The notes under the pieces were generated by a model. It saw only the letters and a program-made list of their open reading frames with translations. It searched no databases and was not told the DNA's origin. Shown one piece after another: positions 46,374 through 56,382 of a stretch of 64,000 bases of DNA. Position numbers and translations under genes: made by a program. Every line of letters begins with the position of its first letter. Position 1 is the stretch's first letter. The stretch is taken from assembly GCA_963662235.1 (NCBI GenBank), contig OY759308.1, forward strand, positions 1,078,109 to 1,142,108. Direction: 5' to 3'. The stretch comes from Desulfobacterales bacterium (lineage in GTDB: Bacteria > Desulfobacterota > Desulfobacteria > Desulfobacterales > G963662235).

Positions 46374-49300
46374 TTATTTTGATATATTGAAAAATCTTTC
46401 AAAGAATTTGGTGAATTTTTCAATTATAGTTTCTCTTTTTTTGGTTCTTTCGCCAGTTTTAGAAAATCTTGATATTGGGGGTAAAACTTTAGTTAATGCT
46501 GTTCCTGTTGTTGTAATATTTCCGTCTCTGAATGAATTTTTTATAAATTTGTATGTTTCTTCATAGTTAAGATTTTCTTCTTTTATTATTTTGTCTAACT
46601 CTTCAATTTTCTTTTTCTCTACAAATTTTTGCCAATCTTTATCTACAACAGATTGAACATTTAGTGATTCAATAAATTGCAAGATAAGGTCTTTTTTATT
46701 ACGAAGTTCTACACTTGAATCTATTGCTTTGTTTATATCTAATAGAATCTCTTTATCTTTTGTGTTGTCTTTATGATATTTTTTAATTAGCTTTAAAATA
46801 TAATCGATATTGATTTCAATTTGTTTGATAAGCTCCATCTCAAAGATAAGATCATCATTAATATTTTCTTTTTCTACATTTTTATCTTTTCTAAACTCAT
46901 TATATAAATCTATGTATAAACTATGATAATCTTGAACATCTCTTTGAGTTAAAATTTCGTTACCTTCAAATTCGTCAAAAGTAGTAAGAATATTTCTAAC
47001 TCTTAAAATTCCGCCATAAAGTTTAATGAACTCTTTTTGATTTTGCTCTCCAACTATTCTTTCTTCAAGAGGAAATTTTTCTTGTAGCTCTTCAATTAGA
47101 CTTTTATATCCTCGCACTTTTTTGCCGTCTTGTTCATATCCATTATAATATTCTTGATATGTTTTTAATAAAACTATGCCACTTGCTTCTTTATCTCCAA
47201 AAAGAGAGATGGCTTCTTTGGTGGCTTTTTCTAAGTTTCTAAAACAAATAATATTTCCAGAGTTTTTTATGGTGTTTAAAATACGATTGGTACGAGAAAA
47301 TGCTTGAAGCAAGCCATGCAATCTTAAATTTTTATCTACCCAAAGAGTGTTTAGCGTAGTTGCATCAAAGCCTGTTAAGAACATATTGACTACTATTAAA
47401 ATATCTATGTCCCTATCTTTTACTCTTTTGCTAACATCTTTATAGTAATTTTGAAATTTATCTGAAGTTGTGTTGTAAGATGTCCCAAACATTTTATTAT
47501 AATCTTTAATAGCGTTTTCTAAAAATTCTCTTGAGCTTGCATCAAGTCCGCTTGTATTTTCAGAATTTTCATCTGCTACCCCGTCATTTTCTTCTTCATT
47601 TACTCCAAAGCTATAGATTGTTGCTATTTTGAGTTTTTTATCGCTTGGTAACTCCTTTATCTGTTTTTTAAATTCAGTATAATATTTTTTAGCCATTTCA
47701 ATAGAAGACACTGCAAAAATAGAGTTAAAACCTGCAAGTCGTCTATCTTTTAACTTATAAAAACTGTTTCTTTTTGTTTTATCATCAAACTTTTCAAGGA
47801 TATATTTTACAATATTGCTTAATCTTTCAGGAGCTAAAAGTGCTGCTTCTCTATCAATAGATTTAACTTTTTTATCTTCAATCTCTTCTGCCTCTTTAAT
47901 TGTAGAAATAAAATCCACTTTGAAAGGTAAAACATTTTTGTCATTAATAGCATCTACAATAGTGTAAGTGTGCAATTTGTCGCCAAAAGCTTGCTCTGTG
48001 GTTTTCAAATCAAATCTACCGCCAGAAGATGAGTTTATTGCAAAAATAGGAGTGCCAGTAAAACCGAAAAGATGATATTTGTTGAATGCTTTTGTGATTG
48101 CTTTGTGCATATCTCCAAATTGAGAGCGGTGGCATTCATCAAAAATTAAGACAATATGTCCATTAAAAATTGTGTGCCCTCTATTTTTTTTAATGAATTT
48201 ATCTAATTTTTGAATTGTTGTAATAATTATTCTTGAGTTTGCATCTCCAAGTTGTTTTTTTAAAACGGCTGTGCTTGTGTTGCTGTTGGCGGCACCTTTT
48301 TCAAATTTCTCATACTCTTTCATTGTTTGATAATCTAAATCTTTTCTATCAACAACGAATAAGACTTTATCAATGTAGGGTAATTTGCTTGTAAGTTGTG
48401 CAGTTTTAAAACTTGTTAATGTCTTTCCTGAACCTGTTGTATGCCAAACATAACCTCCTGCTTTTATTGTCCCAAACTGTTTATAATTTGAGCTTATTTC
48501 AATTTTGTTTAAAATCTTTTCAGTTGCAACAATTTGATAAGGTCGCATGGCCAAAAGCTCCTTATCTGTTGTGAATATGCAGTATTTAGTGAGAATGTTT
48601 AGAATTGTATGTTTTGCAAAAAATGTTTTTGTAAAATCGACTAAATCGGTTATTGGTTTGTTTTTAGCATCTGCCCACCAGCTGGTAAATTCATAACTGT
48701 TGCTTGTTTTTTTTTCTTTTCTTTTTGCTCTTTTATTTGTTTTTGCAAGATGCTCAAATCTTGTAGTGTTGCTGTAATATTTTGTGTGGGTTCCGTTAGA
48801 AATTACAAAAAGTTGAACATATTCATATAATCCACTTGATGCCCAAAAACTTTCTCTTTGATAACGATTGATTTGATTAAATGCTTCTTGAATTGCCACT
48901 CCTCTTCTTTTAAGCTCAATATGGACTAAAGGTAAACCGTTTACTAAAACAGTTACATCATAACGATTTTTATACTTTCCTTCGTCTGTTTCATATTGGT
49001 TAATCACTTGAAGTACATTGCGGTGAACATTATCTTTTCTTAGCAGGTAGATATTTTTACTTACTCCATCATCACATTGTAGAATTTTAATGTAATCTTC
49101 TTGTATAGTGGTTGTTTTGTCTTCTATGCTTTGATTTGGATTTGCTAACTCTTTTTTAAAAAAATAGTCCCATTCGTTATCAGAAAATTCAAAATCGTTT
49201 AATTTTTCTAATTGTTGCCTTAAATTTTTTACTAAATCTTTTTCACTTGTAATATTTAGATGTTCATAAGCTTGTGATTTTAATTGTTCAATAAATGCTT

Positions 49301-49421
49301 TTTCTAATTCTGCTTCGCTCTGATAGTTTTGCGGTTTTTTGCCATAAGGCGAGATATATTCGCAAACAAATGTGTTTTGGGTATCTTGCACCACCATATT
49401 GTAATTAACATTTTTTGGCAT
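46374..49421 (-). CDS. hsdR: type I restriction endonuclease R subunit
   Basis: 1015 aa. HSDR_N region, helicase motif I TGSGKT, motif II FDECHRSQ, motif VI QAFSRTNR. Confidence 0.9.
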   Translation of the reverse strand: MPKNVNYNMVVQDTQNTFVCEYISPYGKKPQNYQSEAELEKAFIEQLKSQAYEHLNITSEKDLVKNLRQQLEKLNDFEFSDNEWDYFFKKELANPNQSIEDKTTTIQEDYIKILQCDDGVSKNIYLLRKDNVHRNVLQVINQYETDEGKYKNRYDVTVLVNGLPLVHIELKRRGVAIQEAFNQINRYQRESFWASSGLYEYVQLFVISNGTHTKYYSNTTRFEHLAKTNKRAKRKEKKTSNSYEFTSWWADAKNKPITDLVDFTKTFFAKHTILNILTKYCIFTTDKELLAMRPYQIVATEKILNKIEISSNYKQFGTIKAGGYVWHTTGSGKTLTSFKTAQLTSKLPYIDKVLFVVDRKDLDYQTMKEYEKFEKGAANSNTSTAVLKKQLGDANSRIIITTIQKLDKFIKKNRGHTIFNGHIVLIFDECHRSQFGDMHKAITKAFNKYHLFGFTGTPIFAINSSSGGRFDLKTTEQAFGDKLHTYTIVDAINDKNVLPFKVDFISTIKEAEEIEDKKVKSIDREAALLAPERLSNIVKYILEKFDDKTKRNSFYKLKDRRLAGFNSIFAVSSIEMAKKYYTEFKKQIKELPSDKKLKIATIYSFGVNEEENDGVADENSENTSGLDASSREFLENAIKDYNKMFGTSYNTTSDKFQNYYKDVSKRVKDRDIDILIVVNMFLTGFDATTLNTLWVDKNLRLHGLLQAFSRTNRILNTIKNSGNIICFRNLEKATKEAISLFGDKEASGIVLLKTYQEYYNGYEQDGKKVRGYKSLIEELQEKFPLEERIVGEQNQKEFIKLYGGILRVRNILTTFDEFEGNEILTQRDVQDYHSLYIDLYNEFRKDKNVEKENINDDLIFEMELIKQIEINIDYILKLIKKYHKDNTKDKEILLDINKAIDSSVELRNKKDLILQFIESLNVQSVVDKDWQKFVEKKKIEELDKIIKEENLNYEETYKFIKNSFRDGNITTTGTALTKVLPPISRFSKTGERTKKRETIIEKFTKFFERFFNISK

Positions 49422-49462
49422 TTTATATTGTTTCCTATTATTTCAATTTGTTTTGTTTTACC

Positions 49463-49659
49463 GTAGGGGTGGCGTGCCGTGCCCGATTGTCATTCCACAT
49501 TAATTTGATTACAAAATTTAAATTTTTTACATTGGTTTTGATTAAATGTTGTCCGTAGAGACGCAAGATTTTGCGTCTCTACAAGATTTTGCGTTTCTAC
49601 AAGATTTTACATCTCTATGGTTTTATAAAAATATCGGGCACGGCACGCCGTGCCCCTAC
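49463..49659. repeat. REP-like hairpins 49463-49484, 49555-49582 (3' arm reiterated to 49617) and 49636-49659
   Basis: gtaggggtggcgtgccgtgccc; gtagagacgcaagattttgcgtctctac + aagattttgcgtttctac + aagattttacatctcta; gggcacggcacgccgtgcccctac. Confidence 0.85.
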
Positions 49660-49934
49660 AATATTCCGTCAAAACATTTTCCATCTGTTGTAATTAATTT
49701 CAACTGGTTAGTATTACTAACCGTTTCACTTCCTTCAGATTTAAGTTTATTTTTCAGCCATTTCCAATAATTACGAACTTTTTGATAATCGGGTTGTTCG
49801 GTTAATATCCCTATAATCTCTAATATTGAAAACCACCATTTTTGTTTATCTCCATCCCAAATAGTTCTAACTTTTTCTTTTTTGAACAGTTGAATTTTAG
49901 TATTTTTTTGCATTTTTATATTATTCCCTACCAT
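49656..49934 (-). pseudogene. truncated BRO-N gene (paralog of 34774-35613)
   Basis: Its 92 aa align with the first ~95 aa of the 279-aa paralog (RTIWDGDKQKWWFSILEIIG vs RRLWYNKEWFYSVVDVCR; NQLKLITTDGK vs VQLKLESVDGK). The reading frame ends in the TAG of a GTAG hairpin head. Confidence 0.6.
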
Positions 49935-50045
49935 AATTTAAAATTCAAAATTTCAAAAATTTATAATTCAAAATTTAAAAAATTTTTTTAACTTATTTCA
50001 ACGTTAATAGTTTTTTAAAAGGATTTAAGGGTTTATAGATTAATT

Positions 50046-50822
50046 ATGTTTAAAAACAATAAAACCACAAAAAGATGGCTTGATGATACATATGAAAAAT
50101 ATAATCATCGCACCTTTGTTCATCCAGACCCGCTGGAGTTTTTGTATCGATATGAAGAGCCTTTTGACATAGAGATTATAGGTTTTATTGCATCTGTTTT
50201 AGCGTATGGAAGAGTTAAGCAAATTCTTTTAAGTGTAGATAAAGTTTTAAATTTATTGGGAGATAGCCCAAGACTTTTTTTATTAAGTGTAGATGAAGAT
50301 TTTTTAAACAAAAAGTTAAAAACTTTTAAACATAGATTTACCAAAGGCGAAGAGATAGTAAATTTACTTATTGGACTTAAAAAAATTATTATAAAATATG
50401 GCTCAATAGAAAACGCATTTACTCAAGGCTTTGATAGAAAAAGAGATAAAACAATCATTCCTGCATTAACAAAATTTTGTAATCTATTTTATGAGATAAC
50501 AAACAACAATTTCCCTTTTTTACTTCCTTCGCCAGATAAAAAGAGTGCCTGTAAAAGAGTTAACTTGTTTTTAAGATGGATGATAAGAGCGGATAGTGTT
50601 GATTTAGGGATATGGGATAATTCTCTTGCTCCTTATTTAATAGTTCCACTCGATACCCATATGTTTAAGATAGGCAAGTCTTTAAATTTTACAAAAAGAA
50701 AAACTGCCGATTTAAAAAGTGCTATAGAGATAACTCTAAAATTTAAAGAGATAAGCCCAAAAGACCCTGTTAAATACGATTTTGCAATTACAAGAGGGGG
50801 AATTCAAAAAAATTACTTTTAA
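50046..50822 (+). CDS. TIGR02757/DUF2400-family protein
   Basis: HPDPLEFLYRY...D.EIIGFIASVLAYGRVKQIL pattern as I recall it for this family; 258 aa. From memory only. Confidence 0.5.
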   Translation: MFKNNKTTKRWLDDTYEKYNHRTFVHPDPLEFLYRYEEPFDIEIIGFIASVLAYGRVKQILLSVDKVLNLLGDSPRLFLLSVDEDFLNKKLKTFKHRFTKGEEIVNLLIGLKKIIIKYGSIENAFTQGFDRKRDKTIIPALTKFCNLFYEITNNNFPFLLPSPDKKSACKRVNLFLRWMIRADSVDLGIWDNSLAPYLIVPLDTHMFKIGKSLNFTKRKTADLKSAIEITLKFKEISPKDPVKYDFAITRGGIQKNYF

Positions 50823-53386
50823 AAATTTTCATCTTTTAATTTTAAATCTACCTCTTTTATTTTTGCATCTATATTGTTTGTCCAAAATATATCATCTGTA
50901 TGTTTAAGAATTTCATTATAGATTTTTTTAGCTTCTTCATATTTATGCAGTGCTTGGCTTGTTACTCCTATCATAAAATTTAGCTCTATATCAAAATCAT
51001 CTTTTAGATAGCTTGTAGTCGCTTTGTCTAAGTAGTTTAAAGCTCGTTTATAATCTTTATTAATTAAGCATATTGCTCCAATATTTTTATATGTATTAAA
51101 TATTTTTCCAGTATCGATTGGTGTTTGAGTTAATAGCAAATCAATTATACTTTCCATAGTTATTATAAAATTATCTATTTCATTAATATTTCTATATATT
51201 TCTGATTGTTGGTGTAAAATATCGATTTTCCCATTTATATCGTTTGCTACTAAATAAGCTCTGTTCAAATAGCTTAAAGCGTTATCATACTCTTGTTTTT
51301 CTAAAAATATATGAGCTATTTTTACATATATTTGATTGTCTACGCTTTCCCCTTTTTTATTTTTTAACTCTATACCGTCTAAAAAAAACTTCAAAGCTTC
51401 ATTTTTTCTACCTAAATTTAGTGCCACGTTCGCTATTTTTATGAGCAAATCAGAAAATAGAGCATCTTCATCATCTTCCTCAATTGATATGTCATAAGCT
51501 TTTTGAAACATTACATACGCCTTATCATAAGATTGAAAATGATCATAGGCGTTACCTGTATAGAAATGTATTTCAGAAGAATTGAACTGTTCTATTTGCT
51601 CTCTATCTTGATCTACAAAAGAGATAATCTCTAAAAATTTTCCTTCATTAGTAAGTTTCCTAAAATAGTTTGTATAAATTTCTAAGATTAATTTATCTAA
51701 CTTTTCTGATTTATCCTGAAACTTTTCTAACCTTAACGTATCGAGTAGAGCTATCGATTTTTCATACTGATTTAATTCAAAATGTTTTTTAACAATTTTG
51801 AAGATAAGCTCAAGAGCTTGTTTCTTTGAATTACCATGTAAAGAGATAATTTTTTTACACGTAGAAAATGCTTTATCGTACTTCTCCTCTTTTTCGTATA
51901 CAATGGCAAGCTCTATTAAGATTTCTTCTATTAGTTTATGATTTTGGTTTTTATCTGCTATATTTTTAAGTATTTTTTCTTTTTCAGAGTAGTCGTCTAT
52001 AAGTTCTGTTATTTTAAAAGAGGCAAAAATAAAACTATCGGTATCGGGATATTTTTCTATTATTAACTTATAAATATTAACCGATTCTTTTTTTTTACCG
52101 AGATTAAAATAGATATCTCCTATCTTTTTTAAAGAGGGGGGACTTTTTTTATCGTTGGGATAAAAGTTACAAAATTGAACAAAATAGGGGAGGGCTTTAT
52201 CGTATTTTTTTAGTTCATAATAGGAATTGCCCATAACCCACAAAAAATTCTTATCTTTTGACAATTCAGGTTCAATTTTTACTACCTTATTTAAACTTAA
52301 AATTGCACTTTCGTATATTTTTTCTCTAAAAAGGGCACGCCCTAATTCAAAAAAACTCTTTTTTGCACTGATACTGTTTGGATAAAATTGAGTCAGCTCT
52401 CTTAAAAGTTTAATTACTTCCTGATTTTGATTATTTTTTAATTTTAAAGATGCAAAAAGATGCATAACTTCTGGAGTAGCTATAAATGCAGGATAGTTGT
52501 TAAGTACTATTTTAAAATAAGCCGCAGCTTCAAAATCTTGAGAAAGTTCAAGTTTTATCTTAGCAAGAAAAATGTACAAAAAAGGCTTATATTTTGATTC
52601 AGGAAAAAGAGTTAATGTATTAACAAAAAAATCTTCCATACTAATTAACGATAAGATACTCTCTTTTTTCAAATCCGATTTTGCAATTAAAGAGTAACTA
52701 TAAAGGTAATAAATAATTTCATCACACTTATTAAGTTTATTGTATGAGCTAATAGTATCTATGTATTTTTTAAGTATTATTGAAATGAGAGAGAAGTCGT
52801 TTTGTTGTGATAAGCTCGATTTTATTTTTTTTAATGTTTCATTTGTTTTAAAACATTCATTATCTAACATAAGTGGTATAATATCTTTTATAGAACCTGT
52901 ATAATTTTTCTTAAATTTTTTAAAATACTCTTTATGTTTGTTAATTTTTAATTTTTTTAATTTTCGTTGTTCGTCTAATAAAGTTTTTCCTTTTACTATC
53001 ACTATCTCAAGCGGTTCAATGTCAATTGTGAATTTTTTCTCATTACTCCAGTAACTTTTTACTATTTTAAATTTAACTTTTAGATTAAAAATTAGAGCTA
53101 TTGCATTGCCTTTAAATTGACCATATGCGACCTCGTTTACTATTGTTTTCTTTAAATATTTTTGTTTTGTGTTTTTATCAATTTTGGCATTGTGGACAAC
53201 AAGTAAAAACTCTTTTTCACTAAGTTCTATCGTTTCAATCTTCGTTTTTTTCGTTAATTCGATTTCTATTTTTTTAGACCCTGCTACAATCTCTTTTATT
53301 GAAGAGATATCGGCAGAAAAAGCTTGTGAAAAGTAAAGACAAGAAATTATTTGGAAAAGGAATAAATATTTAAAAATTTTATGCAT
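50819..53386 (-). CDS. secreted TPR-repeat protein
   Basis: N-terminal signal peptide (FSQAFSA) and more than 10 TPR-like repeats; 855 aa. Confidence 0.7.
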   Translation of the reverse strand: MHKIFKYLFLFQIISCLYFSQAFSADISSIKEIVAGSKKIEIELTKKTKIETIELSEKEFLLVVHNAKIDKNTKQKYLKKTIVNEVAYGQFKGNAIALIFNLKVKFKIVKSYWSNEKKFTIDIEPLEIVIVKGKTLLDEQRKLKKLKINKHKEYFKKFKKNYTGSIKDIIPLMLDNECFKTNETLKKIKSSLSQQNDFSLISIILKKYIDTISSYNKLNKCDEIIYYLYSYSLIAKSDLKKESILSLISMEDFFVNTLTLFPESKYKPFLYIFLAKIKLELSQDFEAAAYFKIVLNNYPAFIATPEVMHLFASLKLKNNQNQEVIKLLRELTQFYPNSISAKKSFFELGRALFREKIYESAILSLNKVVKIEPELSKDKNFLWVMGNSYYELKKYDKALPYFVQFCNFYPNDKKSPPSLKKIGDIYFNLGKKKESVNIYKLIIEKYPDTDSFIFASFKITELIDDYSEKEKILKNIADKNQNHKLIEEILIELAIVYEKEEKYDKAFSTCKKIISLHGNSKKQALELIFKIVKKHFELNQYEKSIALLDTLRLEKFQDKSEKLDKLILEIYTNYFRKLTNEGKFLEIISFVDQDREQIEQFNSSEIHFYTGNAYDHFQSYDKAYVMFQKAYDISIEEDDEDALFSDLLIKIANVALNLGRKNEALKFFLDGIELKNKKGESVDNQIYVKIAHIFLEKQEYDNALSYLNRAYLVANDINGKIDILHQQSEIYRNINEIDNFIITMESIIDLLLTQTPIDTGKIFNTYKNIGAICLINKDYKRALNYLDKATTSYLKDDFDIELNFMIGVTSQALHKYEEAKKIYNEILKHTDDIFWTNNIDAKIKEVDLKLKDENF

Positions 53387-53397
53387 AACATTTTTTT

Positions 53398-53451
53398 GAG
53401 ACCTTTGTGCATACTATTTTTTTATAAAAAAACATTGTGTGCGAAGGTCTC
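53398..53451. repeat. 54-bp mini-MITE hairpin between mreC stop and the TPR gene start
   Basis: gagacctttgtgcat...gtgtgcgaaggtctc. Confidence 0.8.
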
Positions 53452-53452
53452 A

Positions 53453-54268
53453 TTAAGGTGTTTTTAAAACTACCATCACTTCTTCTAACAAATTAAAATC
53501 TACATACGTCTTCATTACAATATCTTGAAAAAAAACATCATTTTTATCTTCTTTAATTTCTGATATATAACCTATTTTCAACCCTTTAGGATATACATTA
53601 TCAAATCCTGATGTTATAATTGTGTTGCCTTTTTTTAATTTATAATCTGCTGGAGCGTATTTTAATTTACAACTATTAAAATTGTTACCTACGGCTATAC
53701 AATTTGTTCTCGATGCTTGGTCAACTACACTTACAGCACTATTTTTATCTGTTATAAGTAAGACTTTTGAATAGTTAGGGTAAACTTCAATAATCTTTCC
53801 AACAACACCTTTTTTAACAATTACAGGCATATTTTTTTTTATGCCATTTTTACTGCCCTTAGAGATTGTAACCGTATTAAACCATGACGAAAAGTCTCTT
53901 GATATAACATTAGCGACTTCTGTTTCGAGTTGGCTTATAGTTTGAAAAAGGAGAAGATTTTTAACCCTACTATTTTTTCTTAAGGCTTCTTTGCAAAAGT
54001 TAAGTTCTTGTTCTTTATCATACAGTTGTTGTCTTAATTGTTTATTCTCTTTTTCTGTCTCTACAAGCATAAAATAGTTCTTAAAACCATTTCTGACATA
54101 AAGAAGGGATTTATTAATATGCTTTTCTATAAAACTAATTGAAGAGACAGCAAAAGATTGACTGCTTTTAAAAGATAAAAAATTTTTAGCAGATATAATT
54201 AAAACTATCGTGTTTATTATGATAATAAAAATTATACTTATAAAAATGATGGATTGTCTGGAAAACAT
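53453..54268 (-). CDS. mreC: rod shape-determining protein MreC
   Basis: N-terminal TM and coiled coil, then VVKKGVVGKIIEVYPNYSKVLLITD. Follows mreB. Confidence 0.85.
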   Translation of the reverse strand: MFSRQSIIFISIIFIIIINTIVLIISAKNFLSFKSSQSFAVSSISFIEKHINKSLLYVRNGFKNYFMLVETEKENKQLRQQLYDKEQELNFCKEALRKNSRVKNLLLFQTISQLETEVANVISRDFSSWFNTVTISKGSKNGIKKNMPVIVKKGVVGKIIEVYPNYSKVLLITDKNSAVSVVDQASRTNCIAVGNNFNSCKLKYAPADYKLKKGNTIITSGFDNVYPKGLKIGYISEIKEDKNDVFFQDIVMKTYVDFNLLEEVMVVLKTP

Positions 54269-54278
54269 AAATATTATT

Positions 54279-54315
54279 GAGACCTTTGCACATATAAAGC
54301 TATGTGCAAAGGTCT
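54279..54315. repeat. 37-bp mini-MITE hairpin between mreB stop and mreC start
   Basis: gagacctttgcacatataaagctatgtgcaaaggtct. Confidence 0.8.
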
Positions 54316-54317
54316 AA

Positions 54318-55358
54318 TTATTCTATAAAAACTTTCTGAAAAAGATCAAAATTCTCAAGAGCCTTGCCAGCGCCTAATGCAACTGTTTCAAGAGGATTGT
54401 CTGCTATTAATATATTAAGCTTAAGCCTTTTTTGTAAGAGTTTATCAAAATTTTTTAAAAGAGCTCCTCCTCCAGTAAGTGTTATGCCATTGTCTATTAT
54501 ATCAGCTGCAAGCTCTGGCGGAGTTTGTTCAAGTGCCTCTTCTACGGCTACACATATAGCTTCAATTTGTTCAGATATAGCCTCCTTGACCTCTGAAGAA
54601 TTTATTTCAATTGTTTCAGGGATACCCGCGTTGCTTCTCCCTTTTATTTTAAAAGAGATTAATTTATCATTATCGGGTGTAATGTTACACACCTCTTTTT
54701 TTATCATTTCTGCTGTTTTATTGCCTATCAAAAGATTTTTCTCTTTTTTAACGTATTGTTGTATTGCAACATCAAGTTTGTTTCCTGCAATTCTTAGCGA
54801 TTTTGCGTAAACGGTACCAGATAGGGATATAACAGCTATTTCAGTAGTTCCTCCACCGATATCTACTATCATATTACAAGTAGGTTCAGCGATTGGCAAA
54901 TTTGCACCTATTGCGGCTGCCATAGGTTCTTCGAGCAGATATACTTCTCTTGCTCCTGCCGATATTGTAGAATCTTTAACAGCTCTTTTTTCAACTTGAG
55001 TAATTCCTGAAGGAACAGCAATAATAACTCTTGGTTTGATAACACTATATTTATTGATTTTAGATTTTTGTATAAAATATTTAAGCATAGCTTCTGCCAC
55101 ATCAAAATCTGCGATAACTCCGTCTTGCATAGGGCGAATAGCATCTATATATCCGGGAGTTTTCCCCAGCATCTCTTTTGCTTCATTACCAACTGCTAAA
55201 ATTTTATTTTTTGACCGATTGTCTGTTCTGATTGCAACAACAGAAGGTTCATTCAAAACAATACCTTTGCCTTTTAGAAAAACTAATGTGTTTGCTGTTC
55301 CAAGGTCTATGGCGAGATCGTTTGAAAAACTACTAAAAAAATTTTTTAAAATTCCCAT
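54318..55358 (-). CDS. mreB: rod shape-determining protein MreB
   Basis: DLAIDLGTANTLVF, DIGGGTTEIAVISL, LTGGGALL. Confidence 0.95.
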   Translation of the reverse strand: MGILKNFFSSFSNDLAIDLGTANTLVFLKGKGIVLNEPSVVAIRTDNRSKNKILAVGNEAKEMLGKTPGYIDAIRPMQDGVIADFDVAEAMLKYFIQKSKINKYSVIKPRVIIAVPSGITQVEKRAVKDSTISAGAREVYLLEEPMAAAIGANLPIAEPTCNMIVDIGGGTTEIAVISLSGTVYAKSLRIAGNKLDVAIQQYVKKEKNLLIGNKTAEMIKKEVCNITPDNDKLISFKIKGRSNAGIPETIEINSSEVKEAISEQIEAICVAVEEALEQTPPELAADIIDNGITLTGGGALLKNFDKLLQKRLKLNILIADNPLETVALGAGKALENFDLFQKVFIE

Positions 55359-55587
55359 CTGTTTTTTTCTACTCCATTTTTAACTTTATTTTAAATTTAT
55401 ATTATTACCTATTTTTTTACGATTGTTTATTGGCAAAACTTTTAACTATTTATAATCTATAAAAAAAAGTATGAATTTAGCAATTAATTTATACTTTTAA
55501 GTGGCATATTTTCTTTAAAATTGTAAGTCAAATATAAAAAATTAACGTAGATATTTTGAAGTAATGTAGTGTTGCAGAAATGATTTT

Positions 55588-55824
55588 TTATTTTGCTTCT
55601 TGTAACATTTTTTTAAAGCCACTTAGCGTTCCTTTCCATTTTGTATCTTCACCTATCATAATGCCAACTACAGTTCCGCTATCTTCAACGCTAACTTCAA
55701 AAACAAGCTCTTCATTGCTTTCGGATAAAAGGAAAACAGCTTCTGCCCATCTTTCAGAAGGTGCACCCGTAAGCTCTGTATCGTAATCTGTTCTAAATTC
55801 ACCTGTTATTCTTATTTTACTCAT
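55588..55824 (-). CDS. small acidic hypothetical protein (78 aa)
   Basis: ORF with coding-like composition in the same orientation as its neighbours. No family recognised. Confidence 0.4.
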   Translation of the reverse strand: MSKIRITGEFRTDYDTELTGAPSERWAEAVFLLSESNEELVFEVSVEDSGTVVGIMIGEDTKWKGTLSGFKKMLQEAK

Positions 55825-55857
55825 AATTTCCCCTTTCTCTACATTTCATAAAAAATC

Positions 55858-56382
55858 TTATGATTTATACTTTTCTGTATATATTTTTGAAAAATCTAAA
55901 CTACTCTTTTTATGTCCAGCTTTTTTATCTTCGGGATATCCAATTCCAATGATTGATAAAACTCTCATATTGTCAGGAATATTTAAAATGTCTTTTACAT
56001 ACTCTTCTGAACTTTTATCGTTATTATGCATTCTTTTACGTATTTGAACCCAGCAACTTCCAAGCTCAAAATTTTCTACAGTAAGTTGTAATATAATTGA
56101 TGCAATAGAAGCGTCTTCTATCCATACGTCAGATTTTTCGGGGTCAGCACAAATTACTACACCCAATTTAGCATATTTTAAAAAAGATGAACCATGAGGT
56201 TTAGATAGAGAAAGAGTTTCAAGCGTATTGCTATTTTCAACGAAAATAAACTCCCAAGGGTTTGAACTTTTTGAAGCAGGAGAGCGGAGCAAAGCTTCTT
56301 TAAAATCGTTAATAATATCTTGTGGAATTTTTACATTTTTAAATTTTCGAACACTTCTTCTTTTCTTTAAAATGGATAACAT
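55858..56382 (-). CDS. nitroreductase-family protein
   Basis: LKKRRSVRKF start motif and the typical size of 174 aa. Confidence 0.8.
   Translation of the reverse strand: MLSILKKRRSVRKFKNVKIPQDIINDFKEALLRSPASKSSNPWEFIFVENSNTLETLSLSKPHGSSFLKYAKLGVVICADPEKSDVWIEDASIASIILQLTVENFELGSCWVQIRKRMHNNDKSSEEYVKDILNIPDNMRVLSIIGIGYPEDKKAGHKKSSLDFSKIYTEKYKS

Noticed and set aside
5517-55383. Numerous 60-150-aa ORFs inside or antisense to long genes (e.g. 5517, 7108, 8603, 9573, 10421, 11302, 12300, 13281, 13474, 15268, 16239, 17427, 19890-20692, 21724, 23056, 23677, 25228, 25853, 26128-26805, 29155, 31834, 33842, 34907, 35430, 35925, 36721, 37028, 37458, 38275, 38703, 40245, 41881, 42135, 43552, 44368, 44744, 50120, 51244, 54364, 54908, 55036)
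   Set aside because: Each overlaps a longer ORF with clear homology-type motifs on the same or opposite strand. Their products are low-complexity and hydrophobic or Ser-rich, so I treated them as shadow ORFs.
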